A stretch of 47,299 bases of DNA from Armatimonadota bacterium (GCA_043814095.1 JBDRKI010000001.1:1-47299), one strand, 5' to 3'; shown: positions 1-10,161, counted from the stretch's first letter. Notes: generated by a model not told the origin, from the letters alone. A program made the numbers and translations.

Positions 1-14
1 AAAAGGAGTAAAAT

Positions 15-37
15 TATAGGTCAAATGGGGTATTTTT
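15..37 (-). promoter_or_regulatory. Putative transcription-factor site (16-bp core TACCCCATTTGACCTA), probably serving a divergent gene beyond the left edge
   Basis: Exact 23-bp reverse complement of 21948-21970; a second partial copy (TACTCCTTTT on -) lies at 1-10, 22 bp away. Confidence 0.6.
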
Positions 38-148
38 GACATATTTTATGAAAATATAAGAACAAGGCTTTATCTGTTATTTTTGATCAAATAAACAGCT
101 AAAAATGCTTAAAAAAGTAGCGTTTTTATACTGTACAGGGGAGGAAAA

Positions 149-193
149 GTTAACATTTTGTTAACAACTTTTATGAACCGGGCATGTTATAAT
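149..193 (+). promoter_or_regulatory. GTTAAC direct repeats (11-bp period) plus extended -10 promoter
   Basis: GTTAAC at 149 and 160; TGtTATAAT at 185-193; RBS GGAGGT at 213-218; 23 bp identical to 34053-34075. Confidence 0.65.
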
Positions 194-223
194 ACCCCTA
201 GAATACATAATTGGAGGTAATAT

Positions 224-688
224 ATGAATATTACAAGCTATACTTCTAGTATTAACAGAACAGGTAAAAATACTCCTAAAATATTTTTCGTAATGGGAAA
301 TAGTCCAACTTACGATCAAAAAATTAACGGCCTTATAGGTAAATTTAATTTATTCTCATCATACCTCTCAAAAAAAGTAAGCTCTACCGTAAATTCTTTA
401 AAAACTGTCCAAAAGACACTATTAGAAGCTCAGAGTGAACTTAAAATTTATGAAAATAATACAAACCTTTTTGATGTGGGAAATGAAGAAACCAGGATTA
501 GAAGCTTGAGAAAAGAAGTTACAATCCTGAAGAAACAAAGAAGCAAATTGATAACTCAATTAAAAAAAGACTTTTTTGAATATTATAGATCAGAAGATGA
601 TAAAGATAATAAAAATTTCATCCAGAAGAAATTCAGTGCCAAATGGAAGGCTTTGGATCAATTGAAAAATAAACTAAACAGTTTTTAA
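224..688 (+). CDS. Hypothetical coiled-coil protein, paralog of 34118..34564
   Basis: 154-aa ORF with strong RBS; C-terminal LKKDFFEYY...KNFIQKKFSAKW resembles LKKEFLLWY...KNLIEKLFNKKW of 34118..34564. Confidence 0.7.
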   Translation: MNITSYTSSINRTGKNTPKIFFVMGNSPTYDQKINGLIGKFNLFSSYLSKKVSSTVNSLKTVQKTLLEAQSELKIYENNTNLFDVGNEETRIRSLRKEVTILKKQRSKLITQLKKDFFEYYRSEDDKDNKNFIQKKFSAKWKALDQLKNKLNSF

Positions 689-1245
689 TAAACCGGCTTG
701 ACTTTGCATTTTGCCGCATATATGCCCTTTTCTTCTTCTTTAAAGACTTCTAGTATCTTATTTGCTATATCTCTGTAATCCAGTCCCAGGTCTTCTAATG
801 ATATAGTCTTAACAGGCGTCTTTTTACTTGATATATTTATACCTGTATGTATAAGAGACGAAACAGGGCTTACGGTAGCTATTGAGACGGTAAGTTTCTT
901 GTCGTCTATGTAAAGATCGTCACCTGATCTTGTAATTTTACAGTCCCCTATCCGGTTCTCTATAATTTCTTTTATAACACATATAAATAATCTCTGCCTG
1001 TATATACTCTTTACTAAATTATTATCAAAAAATTCAGCTATGAAATGAAGCATCTTCTCACTGTAAATAGAGGCATTCTCTTTTACATCCGCAAGGTCAA
1101 CCATTTTATCAAGTTTAACATCACATTTTCCGGCAAAAGAGATAACTGCATTCCCTAAAATATCAAAGTTTGTATATATATAATGAGGGGAAAGCTGGCT
1201 GCCGTCATAATTTATTTCTTTTTCAATAAATTTAGCTGTTAACAT
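685..1245 (-). CDS. DUF366 family protein (LplA/BPL-like fold)
   Basis: Family motifs YDGSQL, MVDLAD, MLHFIAE, RQRL, GDDLY, KLTVSIAT, IHTGIN; 3 bp downstream of queC. Confidence 0.85.
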   Translation of the reverse strand: MLTAKFIEKEINYDGSQLSPHYIYTNFDILGNAVISFAGKCDVKLDKMVDLADVKENASIYSEKMLHFIAEFFDNNLVKSIYRQRLFICVIKEIIENRIGDCKITRSGDDLYIDDKKLTVSIATVSPVSSLIHTGINISSKKTPVKTISLEDLGLDYRDIANKILEVFKEEEKGIYAAKCKVKPVY

Positions 1246-1248
1246 CTC

Positions 1249-1884
1249 TTAATTCTCCTTAAGCGCTCTTAAATACCTTACACAGGATTCACATGCCCCG
1301 CAAGGTTTCTTCCCGCCTTTATAGCAGGGCCATATATATTTAAACGGTGCATTTAATTTTATTCCCAGCTTAACAATTTCCTTTTTTGTTAAATCCTGTG
1401 TGTAGCTTTTAGCTATAATACCGGATAATGCAGAATATTTTAATGTCCTGTTGATACAGTTTACAAATTCCTTAGAATTATCAGGGAAAGTCTTTGCTTC
1501 TTCTTTGTTAAATCCCGCAATTATAATATCCGCTTTAAGTTTTTCAGCAAAGGCTGCCGCGATATTTATAAATAAAGCGTTCCTGTTGGGGAACCATATC
1601 TTTTGGGCAGTTTTTTTAGTTAGTTTGATATTATTAAGATCTTTTAACTTAATTGTCGGTATTTTTTTATCTTTAATAAGACCTTTATAGAAATCAAGTT
1701 TTATAATTTTATATTTGACTTTAAAAAACTTACACAGTTTTTTTGAATTAAGAATCTCTTTTTTTGAAGACGCCTGCCCGTAATCAAAAGTCAAAGCTAA
1801 AATTACCTTTGTATGCTTTTTAGCCATGGCCAGATTAACCGTTGAATCCAGACCTGATGATAATAACACTATAGATTTTTTCAT
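1249..1884 (-). CDS. queC: 7-cyano-7-deazaguanine synthase
   Basis: PP-loop SSGLDS, FDYGQ, PNRN, FPD, C-terminal Zn site CY..CGACESC. Confidence 0.93.
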   Translation of the reverse strand: MKKSIVLLSSGLDSTVNLAMAKKHTKVILALTFDYGQASSKKEILNSKKLCKFFKVKYKIIKLDFYKGLIKDKKIPTIKLKDLNNIKLTKKTAQKIWFPNRNALFINIAAAFAEKLKADIIIAGFNKEEAKTFPDNSKEFVNCINRTLKYSALSGIIAKSYTQDLTKKEIVKLGIKLNAPFKYIWPCYKGGKKPCGACESCVRYLRALKEN

Positions 1885-1926
1885 ATCCTTTTTTTTGTTT
1901 TCTCCTGTCAGCTTAATTACATGTCA

Positions 1927-2298
1927 TTACTCTTTATATATACAGCAGGCATTCTGCGACTCCCAGACCCTTACTTCAGTTACCCTGCAGTCTTGATACT
2001 CAACAAGCTTTTCTTTTAACTTTTGAAAAAGAAGTGACGCTACATTCTCTGCCGTAGGATTAACAACTTTAAAGTAAGTAAGTTCATTTAAGTTTACATG
2101 GTCAAATTCTTCAAGCACTTCTTTTAAAATATTCTTTAAAGTCCTGAAATCCACGCTTATACCTATATTATTAAGGTTCTCTACCTGAAAATACGCTTCC
2201 ACCTGCCATGTATGGCCGTGTACACCCGCACAGATCCCCTCATAACCCTGCAGTTTATGGGCGGCATCAAAATTATTTTTAACCATCAAAATATACAT
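1927..2298 (-). CDS. queD: 6-carboxytetrahydropterin synthase
   Basis: FDAAH, C...HGHTW, DF, DH..LN, PTAEN, VWES motifs; upstream of queC. Confidence 0.93.
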   Translation of the reverse strand: MYILMVKNNFDAAHKLQGYEGICAGVHGHTWQVEAYFQVENLNNIGISVDFRTLKNILKEVLEEFDHVNLNELTYFKVVNPTAENVASLLFQKLKEKLVEYQDCRVTEVRVWESQNACCIYKE

Positions 2299-2440
2299 AA
2301 AATACCTCCTTAAACTGTATTTATCTTTCTAGCTGGGCATATAACTTTCCTTTTCCTTGTTTTAAGATATAGCAGGAGTTTTCTAATTATATAATAAATA
2401 TTGTTATAAATACAATCAAGAGAAGGAGATAAACTGCATT

Positions 2441-3907
2441 ATGAGTATAAAATTCGGCACTGACGGATGGAGAGCGGTAATCGCGGATGAATACACCTTT
2501 GAGAATGTAAAAGTGTGCTCTAACGCGCTTTCCGACTACTTGCTTGATAAAAACAGGAAAAAACTTGAAATTTATAAGAATTATAAAGGATCATCATTTA
2601 AAAATATTTACCAGGACGCTTCAAAAGGTATAGTTATAGGTTATGACGCAAGATTCTTATCCGGGAGCTTTGCCAAAACCACGGCGGATATACTTTCATC
2701 GTATAATATACCCGTATACCTTTCGGATAAAATCGCCCCTACCCCGGCAATATCATGGTTTTTAAAAAAGAATAAATGCGCTGGCGGGGTGGTAATTACG
2801 GCAAGCCACAACCCTCCCGAGTATAACGGGTTTAAGTTTAAAGCGGAATACGGCGGCTCGGGCCTTCCCCAGATAATGTGCGGGATAGAGAAAAAGATAA
2901 ATTACAAAAAAAGCACTGACAGGAAGCCCGATTACAATAAGATAAAAAGCTCCGACCTTATAACACCTTACATAAATCAGCTGAAGAACTTTGTGGATCT
3001 TACTAAAATTTCAAAACTTAAAATCAAAGTCGTGGTTGACTGTATGTACGGCGCTACTACGGGCTTGTTTGAAAAACTGTTTAAAAATTCAAAAAATGTA
3101 AAAATTATATCCATAAGAGATACATATAACCCGGGCTTTGACGGAATTAATCCCGAACCCCTGGATAAAAATCTTGTCCCGTTAAAAGAAGCCGTAATCA
3201 AAAACAAGGCCGATATAGGGTTTGCGTTTGACGGGGACGGCGACAGGATAGGCGCATATGACAAACACGGCAATTTTTTAAGCTCCCACCACATATTCCT
3301 TATACTGCTCCATCACCTTGTAAAAAACAGGGGTATGAAGGGAAAAATCGTTAAAACATTCTCCACAACCGAAAAAGTAAGATTGCTTGCAGAGGAATTA
3401 AAACTCGGTTTTATAGAAACACCCATAGGGTTTAAATACATATGCGATCTTATGCTTAAAGACAATGTGCTTATAGGCGGAGAAGAATCAGGCGGTATCG
3501 GCATAAAAGGCCATATGCCCGAAAGAGACGCACTTGCTTGCGCTCTTTTAATGCTTGAAGCCGTCTCTTGTGAAAAATCAGGCATTCATACTATAATGAA
3601 TAATATATACAAAAAAGTAGGTGAATTTGCCTATGAACGCGTAGATTTAAAGCTTAAAAGCTTTAAAAGCAAAGATAAAATTATAAATAAATTAAAAAAT
3701 AACCCTCCGAAAGTCTTCTGCGGGATAAAAATAGAAAGCGTAAAAACTTTAGACGGGGTTAAATACCTTTTTAAAGATAACAGCTGGATACTATTCAGGC
3801 CTTCGGGCACAGAGCCTCTTTTAAGAATATACGCGGAAACAAAAAACAGGAAAAAATCCTTACAGCTTTTAGATGAAGCCGTAAAATCAGTAAAAAAAGA
3901 AGAATAA
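2441..3907 (+). CDS. Phosphoglucomutase/phosphomannomutase family protein
   Basis: FGTDGWR, TASHNP (phosphoserine), FDGDGDR (metal), GEESG, RPSGTEP. Confidence 0.93.
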   Translation: MSIKFGTDGWRAVIADEYTFENVKVCSNALSDYLLDKNRKKLEIYKNYKGSSFKNIYQDASKGIVIGYDARFLSGSFAKTTADILSSYNIPVYLSDKIAPTPAISWFLKKNKCAGGVVITASHNPPEYNGFKFKAEYGGSGLPQIMCGIEKKINYKKSTDRKPDYNKIKSSDLITPYINQLKNFVDLTKISKLKIKVVVDCMYGATTGLFEKLFKNSKNVKIISIRDTYNPGFDGINPEPLDKNLVPLKEAVIKNKADIGFAFDGDGDRIGAYDKHGNFLSSHHIFLILLHHLVKNRGMKGKIVKTFSTTEKVRLLAEELKLGFIETPIGFKYICDLMLKDNVLIGGEESGGIGIKGHMPERDALACALLMLEAVSCEKSGIHTIMNNIYKKVGEFAYERVDLKLKSFKSKDKIINKLKNNPPKVFCGIKIESVKTLDGVKYLFKDNSWILFRPSGTEPLLRIYAETKNRKKSLQLLDEAVKSVKKEE

Positions 3908-3917
3908 GGGGGGAATT

Positions 3918-5579
3918 ATGCAGACCGCGTCAGATAAAGATATACGCGCTCCGCGCGGCGCTAAATTAAACTGCAAGGCCTGGCCCCAGGAAGCCGCAAT
4001 GCGCATGCTTATGAATAACCTGGATCCCGATGTGGCCGAAAGACCTGAGGACCTTGTTGTTTACGGGGGCACGGGAAAAGCCGCGAGAAATAAAGCCTGT
4101 CTTGATAAAATAATTGAATCTTTAAAAAACTTAAATAACGATGAGACGCTCCTTGTCCAGTCCGGGAAACCTGTGGGAATATTTAAAACTCATGATATGG
4201 CCCCCAGAGTATTAATCGCGAATTCTCTTATTGTGCCCGCGTGGGCTAACTGGGAGCATTTCAGGGAACTAGAAAAAAAAGGGCTGACCATGTACGGGCA
4301 GATGACCGCGGGCAGCTGGATATACATAGGCACACAGGGGATACTGCAGGGAACTTATGAAACTCTGGCCTCCCTTGCCCTGAAGCATTTCAAGGGTACT
4401 TTAAAAGGAACCTTTACTTTAACCGCGGGTCTCGGCGGGATGGGCGGCGCCCAGCCTCTGGCTGTTACAATGAATGAAGGGGTATGCCTTGCGGTAGAAG
4501 TAGATCCGGAAAGAGCGCGTAAAAGAATTGATACCGGTTACTGCGAAAAAGTTACTTATTCCCTGGATGAAGCGCTGGAATGGGTGACCGAAGCTAAAAA
4601 TAAGAATATGCCTTTATCCGTAGCCCTTGTAGCGAACGCGTCGGATATTTATCCCGAAATGGTTAAAAGAAACATTATCCCTGATGTGGTAACGGATCAA
4701 ACCTCGGCCCATGACGAGCTAAACGGCTATGTGCCGGGAGGGATGACTTACGAAGAGGCCTTAACCTTAAGAAAGAAAGATCCTAAAACTTATATAAAAA
4801 AATCCTTTGAATCAATGGCGGTACATGTAAAAGCCATGCTTGATTTTAAGAAAAAAGGCTCTGTTGTCTTTGATTACGGCAATAATATAAGGCAGCAGGC
4901 TTATAACCACGGCGTTAAAGACGCGTTTGATTTCCCGGGTTTTGTGCCCGCATATATAAGACCGCTGTTCTGTGAAGGCAAAGGGCCTTTCAGGTGGGCC
5001 GCCTTATCGGGAGACCCTAAGGATATCTACAGGACTGACCGGGCGATACTGGAAACTTTCCCTCACGATAAAGCTTTATGCAGATGGATTAAGCTCGCTC
5101 AGGAGAAGATACAGTTCCAGGGGCTCCCTTCAAGAATATGCTGGCTGGGCTACGGCGACAGGGCTAAAATGGGATTAATATTTAATGACTTAGTTAAAAA
5201 GGGTGAAGTCTCGGCCCCCATAGTAATAGGGAGAGACCATCTTGATTCTGGAAGCGTGGCCTCCCCCAACAGAGAGACAGAAGCCATGAAAGACGGCTCG
5301 GATACAATCGCCGACTGGCCCGTATTAAACGCCCTTTTAAATACCGCATCAGGCGCCCACTGGGTAAGCCTGCACCACGGCGGCGGAGTAGGCATAGGAT
5401 ATTCAATACACGCGGGCATGGTGGTTGTGGCGGACGGCACGGAAAATTCCAGGAAAAGACTGGAAAGAGTATTAACAGCCGACCCGGGAACAGGGGTAAT
5501 GCGCCACGCGGATGCCGGCTATGATACCGCAGTAAAAACAGCGAAAGAAAAAGGCATTAATCTGCCTATGGCATTATGA
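3918..5579 (+). CDS. hutU: Urocanate hydratase
   Basis: [57 protein letters not shown]. Confidence 0.97.
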   Translation: MQTASDKDIRAPRGAKLNCKAWPQEAAMRMLMNNLDPDVAERPEDLVVYGGTGKAARNKACLDKIIESLKNLNNDETLLVQSGKPVGIFKTHDMAPRVLIANSLIVPAWANWEHFRELEKKGLTMYGQMTAGSWIYIGTQGILQGTYETLASLALKHFKGTLKGTFTLTAGLGGMGGAQPLAVTMNEGVCLAVEVDPERARKRIDTGYCEKVTYSLDEALEWVTEAKNKNMPLSVALVANASDIYPEMVKRNIIPDVVTDQTSAHDELNGYVPGGMTYEEALTLRKKDPKTYIKKSFESMAVHVKAMLDFKKKGSVVFDYGNNIRQQAYNHGVKDAFDFPGFVPAYIRPLFCEGKGPFRWAALSGDPKDIYRTDRAILETFPHDKALCRWIKLAQEKIQFQGLPSRICWLGYGDRAKMGLIFNDLVKKGEVSAPIVIGRDHLDSGSVASPNRETEAMKDGSDTIADWPVLNALLNTASGAHWVSLHHGGGVGIGYSIHAGMVVVADGTENSRKRLERVLTADPGTGVMRHADAGYDTAVKTAKEKGINLPMAL

Positions 5580-6043
5580 AAAAAAATACAATAATAATAT
5601 CCATTTCCATAATATTTATATTTCTGTTAATAAATACTGCTTACTCCTCAAATAAAGACGAACAGATTGTCTATTACCGCTTTATGCCGATAAATGAAAT
5701 AAACGTAAATAATTTATCAAACAGATTTGTTGTGGTAAATGAAGAATCAAATAACCGTGAAGATATTTTTACATACGCCATAACAACCAACGGGGATAAT
5801 AAAAAAATAACCGGGTATATTGATTCCGATATGCCTGAAGGCACCTGTTTAATGTTAAAACTTGAAGCGCCTTCCTCAGGGAACAGTTTGGGATACATAA
5901 TATTAAATACAAGGCCCTCCGACCTGGTAACAGCCGTAAGCAGGGTAGCCGAAAAAGACAAGAAAATAGACTATAAATTCACGTCAAATAAGGATAATAC
6001 GCATTCTATACAGAAAACAGTGACCCTGACAATTACAGACTGA
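5576..6043 (+). CDS. Exported pilin-like subunit (YAITTN family)
   Basis: N-terminal hydrophobic signal; [25 protein letters not shown]-terminal VTLTITD; ATGA overlap with hutU stop. Confidence 0.75.
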   Translation: MKKNTIIISISIIFIFLLINTAYSSNKDEQIVYYRFMPINEINVNNLSNRFVVVNEESNNREDIFTYAITTNGDNKKITGYIDSDMPEGTCLMLKLEAPSSGNSLGYIILNTRPSDLVTAVSRVAEKDKKIDYKFTSNKDNTHSIQKTVTLTITD

Positions 6044-6056
6044 ACCGGCTATTTTG

Positions 6057-6085
6057 TTTACAAACGCCTGTTTAAAGGGTATAAT
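6057..6085 (+). promoter_or_regulatory. Sigma70-type promoter facing a gene-free intergenic region
   Basis: TTTACA (6057-6062) - 17 bp - TATAAT (6080-6085). Confidence 0.55.
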
Positions 6086-6091
6086 AATTAT

Positions 6092-6186
6092 AGAGGCAGG
6101 CTGATTTTTTTAAGTCTTTTAAGTTCAACACTAACTTAAAATATCTGTTTAAAAAATAAAGGGTTATACCTTTTCAGCCTGCCTTT
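6092..6186 (+). ncRNA. Candidate structured small RNA
   Basis: Starts about 6 nt after the -10; closing stem AGGCAGGCTGA (6094-6104)/TCAGCCTGCCT (6174-6184); internal hairpins TTTTAAGTT/AACTTAAAA (6117-6141) and AAAGG/CCTTT (6158-6173); no ORF. Confidence 0.4.
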
Positions 6187-6197
6187 AAAGTTATATA

Positions 6198-6719
6198 TCA
6201 GTCGCAAGTAAGGGTAAGAGATATCGTTCTTTCCGCAGTTCCCGAAAAACTTGCCGCGCTGGCGGCATTTAATTCATATTCTATTTTATTTTTATCGGGA
6301 TTTCTAACTTCCATTATGTGATATATAAGGTCCATCGCCCATTCATCTTCCATATCCTGCTTGCCTGTGCTCCTGCTGTCTTCGGGGCCTCCGAGCTCCA
6401 ATGCCAGACTTGTTTTTTCCGGCATATCACCGCCTTTAGATATATGCCCCGTTATTTTCCTGCTTTCATCTGAACTGGTAATTACATACCTGTTAAAATT
6501 ATCCGTTATCTTAATATTTTCGGCGTTCTGAGGTATGACAAAAACAATCAAACTATTAGAAGTTTCCGACAAACCGAAATCGCTGATCATAAGAAATTTA
6601 AAATGAACCCTCTGTGTGGCAGTATCATCGGCATAGACGGTATACAGCACAAGGATTAAAAATACCGTGAGCAGTAAAATTACCGATAGGCTTTTTCTTT
6701 TTAAATCTGTTAAGAGCAT
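6198..6719 (-). CDS. Exported pilin-like subunit, divergent family member
   Basis: Signal peptide ending VYA; TATQRVHF, YVITSS..RKITG, MPEKTSLALEL, C-terminal ISLTLTCD. Confidence 0.7.
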   Translation of the reverse strand: MLLTDLKRKSLSVILLLTVFLILVLYTVYADDTATQRVHFKFLMISDFGLSETSNSLIVFVIPQNAENIKITDNFNRYVITSSDESRKITGHISKGGDMPEKTSLALELGGPEDSRSTGKQDMEDEWAMDLIYHIMEVRNPDKNKIEYELNAASAASFSGTAERTISLTLTCD

Positions 6720-6798
6720 ACCTGCCTCTTCCCTATTATAATATTAACATTTTTCCTGTATAATTTATTATAATTTATATAGTTCAAACGGATTATTT

Positions 6799-7284
6799 TT
6801 ATGTCTCGTCCGTAAGGGTTAAGGTTACGGTTTTACTGCTTAATGATATAGTTCCCGCGACAACCGTCGCGCTGAATTTATAGGTAAGGGTTTTACCCGA
6901 CTCAGCAACATTGCTTATGCCGGTAACAAGATCCAATGCGGAAGACGTCAAAGTAAGTTCTCCCTGGCTGCTGCCTCCTGTCGGCGCCGCCGCGGTTAAT
7001 TTTAAAGTTGTATTAGAAGGCATTGCTGAATTAAGCGCCGCCGTTATCTTCTTATTTGTCTCATTTGTTGTTATGGCATAGCTTGTGGTAGTATCTGTAA
7101 CCTCGCTTGGCTGAGAACCGGCAACGGCCGTATCAATGGAAAACGTACCAGGATCCCCGCTTGCCGCAAATTCGCTTATTGAATCTACCTGGAAAGAGAC
7201 AGACTGGTTGGCAGTGCTCCCCGCGAAAATAACGGCCGGGGCCGCGGTTAATAATATTAAAATGAGCAAAAATATTTTTTTCAT
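6799..7284 (-). CDS. Exported pilin-like subunit (YAITTN family)
   Basis: Signal peptide (..VIFA|GS); ANQSVSFQVDSISE, AGSQP, YAITTNETNKKITAAL, MPS, AAAPTGG, VTLTLTDET. Confidence 0.8.
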   Translation of the reverse strand: MKKIFLLILILLTAAPAVIFAGSTANQSVSFQVDSISEFAASGDPGTFSIDTAVAGSQPSEVTDTTTSYAITTNETNKKITAALNSAMPSNTTLKLTAAAPTGGSSQGELTLTSSALDLVTGISNVAESGKTLTYKFSATVVAGTISLSSKTVTLTLTDET

Positions 7285-7311
7285 AAGAAAACCCTTTCTT
7301 TATTTATTTCC

Positions 7312-10161
7312 CTATTTTTTTATTTTAATAGTTTCCCCTTCTTCAATAATCCTTATGCGCCTTATCTTTGGTATTATCCTTATCTCAATTTCCTTGGTAT
7401 CACCGGGTTTTAATTCAAAATCAAATTCATTTTTTTCCATATAATGAAATTCGGGAAGTTTCTTCGCATACGCGAATATTGACCATTTGCCGGGCCTTAA
7501 CCCCGTAAAATTAAAAGTCCCTCTTGCATCGGTAATCTGGTGTATAACCTCTTTTCCGCTTGATGCTTCAACGAGAACACCGGGCCATCCTTTGATTTTC
7601 TGTTCTTTACCCGAACCAACCACATATAATCCTTTATCTTTATCATCTTTTTCACCCGGAGCCATATCGGCCTTGGGAATAACCGCGACTATACCTTTAA
7701 TATCACATGAATTTACTATCGGAATATCTATATTGGAAATTTCACCGCCTTTAACATTAATGGTAACAGGAGCTTCCTGCTCGGCCACACGGCCGTATCC
7801 TATCGTTTTCTGCAGTATATATAAAGACTGCTCTCCGGGGGGAACGGCAGGGAAAGTAAATTCGCCGTTGGCGTCGGTCATGGCAGTCACGCCCGAGGTT
7901 GTCAGGATAACATCCTTAATCGGAGGATGGCCTTCTTTCTGTCCGTCAAAAACTCTGCCCTTAATGGCCCCAACGGATGTCTTTTTGCCTACAGGCACCC
8001 CGTCCCAGCTTGTGGTATAAACAAGGTAATATGATGCCTGGTCTGTATTAGACTCATTATCCCTTACCCAGTTGTTTTTAAGACTGATTGAGGTCTCATT
8101 TGGAAAATTATAAATAAAAGTTGAATATGTGTTTACCCTTGACCTTCTGTCCGTGTATATCGTGCGTTCTTTAGTAAATACAAGAGACATTCCCGGAGCG
8201 ATAGTCCATGAGAAATTAACATTCGCAGACCTGGTTTTCTTGGGGTTGGTTGTAAAAAACGCGTCAAAGCCGTCCCTTGAGGAAGTAGATATGGCCATAC
8301 TGTTGCTTAAGCTGTACGAACCGGATACAGCCGTATTATATAATTCATAGATACCGGCCGGAGCCGCGAGCCGGTCATCAAGAAGGCATCTGCCTAAATT
8401 TGTCTGGAGCGTGAGCTTCCCGAAACTGTGGCTCAGTCCGATAACAACGCTCCTTCCAATATAATCATAATCTACGGGCTGAAGATGATCTTTATAGTGA
8501 GACATGCTGTATTCCGCGGAAATATTGGTTCCGAAAGCAAATGTGTAATTTAAGCTCGTCCTGAAAGTTCTCTGGTTGCTTGCTATAGAGTTGCTGGGAT
8601 CAAATTCAACGTTATTTTTGCTGTTATAATAATACATATTCGCGTATATTTTCTTCCATACGGGAAAAGTCACCGTCCCTGTCATATAATCAATATCTCT
8701 GACGGCGCCGTAAAACCTGGGACCTGCGAAAATCCTTTCAAAATAATACCTGACGTTTTTAAATACGGAGCCCTGTATTACTATCTTATATGCTTCATCC
8801 CTTACCCTGAATTTTCTCATTCCGGTATTTAAGGCTCCCTCTAATTCAATTTTTGTATTGTCATTAGGCGTTAAAAAGGCCTGCAGGGTGGCTATCTTAT
8901 CGCAGTAGTTTTCAACATCCGCGCCGTGTTTTATCCTTTTCAGAACATTTGCCTGTATTTCCATCCTCGCGTTAACCTTATATTTCATATAGGCGGCTGT
9001 CGTAACCTGCGGGCTTTTCACCCATCTTTCAATTACCGAAAATGCACCTGATTCAAATTCACCCGGATTATACATAAATTCCGTACCGCGACCGAAAGCT
9101 CCGTTATCAGCGAGCGTGTCATAAGTATAACTTGAGTCCCCGTAGCACAGATCCAGTTTTTTGGCGTCATACTCTATAAGCAGCTCGTCTCTGGTGCCGA
9201 ATGCCCCGATATCCTGGGTATCGGGATCCCTGAACTTGAAGCTTAATTTAGTATCCCCCGACTCATCCATATCGCCAGAGCCGCTGAAGTATCTCTGGAT
9301 AGCATTACGCGAATCATTCCCCATATTCCGTATTTCTATTTTCACGGGGATTCTGATATAAGGGTCAATGCCGCCCGCAACTTTTGAAATAACCCTGACC
9401 GAAATAGAGTTTGTTATCATTCCTTTATCACCCTTCACGCCTTCAACCCTGGCCTCAAGCTCAACAAGACTGTTCGTCTGGTCTTTTATGTCTGCTTTGG
9501 TAAAAACCGTAATTTCCACGGTTTGCGAGTCTTTTGCCTCCAGTTCAAATTCTTCCGGTACTATTTTAAACTTAAAACTGGAGTTTAATTTCGCGGCCAG
9601 TTTTAAGTTTACTTTTTTATTGCCGTTATTGACATAATTGATCTTAATTGTATAAGGTTCGCCCGCTATCACCATATCGGGCTTGGAAATTACGGCAGAA
9701 TTTATATCCGTCAAGCTTTTAACGATTATGGTAAAGCTCTCCTTGGCCGAAAGCTGGGGATTCTGCGGCGAATGCACGTGATATTTTATATTATAATCCT
9801 GGGCGGCCGCGTCGGAAGGCACAAGAAAAGATATGACCCTTAAATACGAAGACTGGGCCCCGATCGTAAAAAAAGGATCTGCGGTTGTGATTAACTGCCA
9901 GCCCTGGGGCAGTTCCAGTTTATCGGCAACCTGCGCTTCTGTCTGGGTCCGGTTTATAATTAAAAAAGTTACGTTTATAATCTTACCGGGATCAGTTTCC
10001 ACTATTTTGGGCGAGGTAAGGCGAAGGTCAAGCTCCCCGCCTATACCGTAAACAGAAGAAGCCGAAATTATAATTAAGAATACAACCGTTAATACTGCAT
10101 ATATATTTTTTTTCTGGCTATTCAATCGCCAGATCATACTGGGCCCCAAAAACATATTCAT
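7312..10161 (-). CDS. Large exported usher-like protein: N-terminal Ig-like (NEW3-like) domains, beta-strand-rich core, C-terminal CnaB/carboxypeptidase-regulatory-like domains
   Basis: 949-aa ORF; signal-like segment; LELPQGWQL Ig motif; long region of amphipathic strands with alternating aromatics; IKGRVF..TDANGEFTF..VPPG and TDARGTFNF.GLRPGKW repeats; true start may be 10137 (ATG) or 10125 (TTG). Confidence 0.65.
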   Translation of the reverse strand: MNMFLGPSMIWRLNSQKKNIYAVLTVVFLIIISASSVYGIGGELDLRLTSPKIVETDPGKIINVTFLIINRTQTEAQVADKLELPQGWQLITTADPFFTIGAQSSYLRVISFLVPSDAAAQDYNIKYHVHSPQNPQLSAKESFTIIVKSLTDINSAVISKPDMVIAGEPYTIKINYVNNGNKKVNLKLAAKLNSSFKFKIVPEEFELEAKDSQTVEITVFTKADIKDQTNSLVELEARVEGVKGDKGMITNSISVRVISKVAGGIDPYIRIPVKIEIRNMGNDSRNAIQRYFSGSGDMDESGDTKLSFKFRDPDTQDIGAFGTRDELLIEYDAKKLDLCYGDSSYTYDTLADNGAFGRGTEFMYNPGEFESGAFSVIERWVKSPQVTTAAYMKYKVNARMEIQANVLKRIKHGADVENYCDKIATLQAFLTPNDNTKIELEGALNTGMRKFRVRDEAYKIVIQGSVFKNVRYYFERIFAGPRFYGAVRDIDYMTGTVTFPVWKKIYANMYYYNSKNNVEFDPSNSIASNQRTFRTSLNYTFAFGTNISAEYSMSHYKDHLQPVDYDYIGRSVVIGLSHSFGKLTLQTNLGRCLLDDRLAAPAGIYELYNTAVSGSYSLSNSMAISTSSRDGFDAFFTTNPKKTRSANVNFSWTIAPGMSLVFTKERTIYTDRRSRVNTYSTFIYNFPNETSISLKNNWVRDNESNTDQASYYLVYTTSWDGVPVGKKTSVGAIKGRVFDGQKEGHPPIKDVILTTSGVTAMTDANGEFTFPAVPPGEQSLYILQKTIGYGRVAEQEAPVTINVKGGEISNIDIPIVNSCDIKGIVAVIPKADMAPGEKDDKDKGLYVVGSGKEQKIKGWPGVLVEASSGKEVIHQITDARGTFNFTGLRPGKWSIFAYAKKLPEFHYMEKNEFDFELKPGDTKEIEIRIIPKIRRIRIIEEGETIKIKK

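Noticed and set aside
2299-2440. preQ1 riboswitch upstream of queD
   Set aside because: No short stem-loop with the conserved loop and A-rich tail pattern of preQ1-I was found on the - strand
10106-10113. A8 tract near the start of the usher-like gene as a phase-variation site
   Set aside because: A/T runs of this length are common in this AT-rich sequence, including inside hutU
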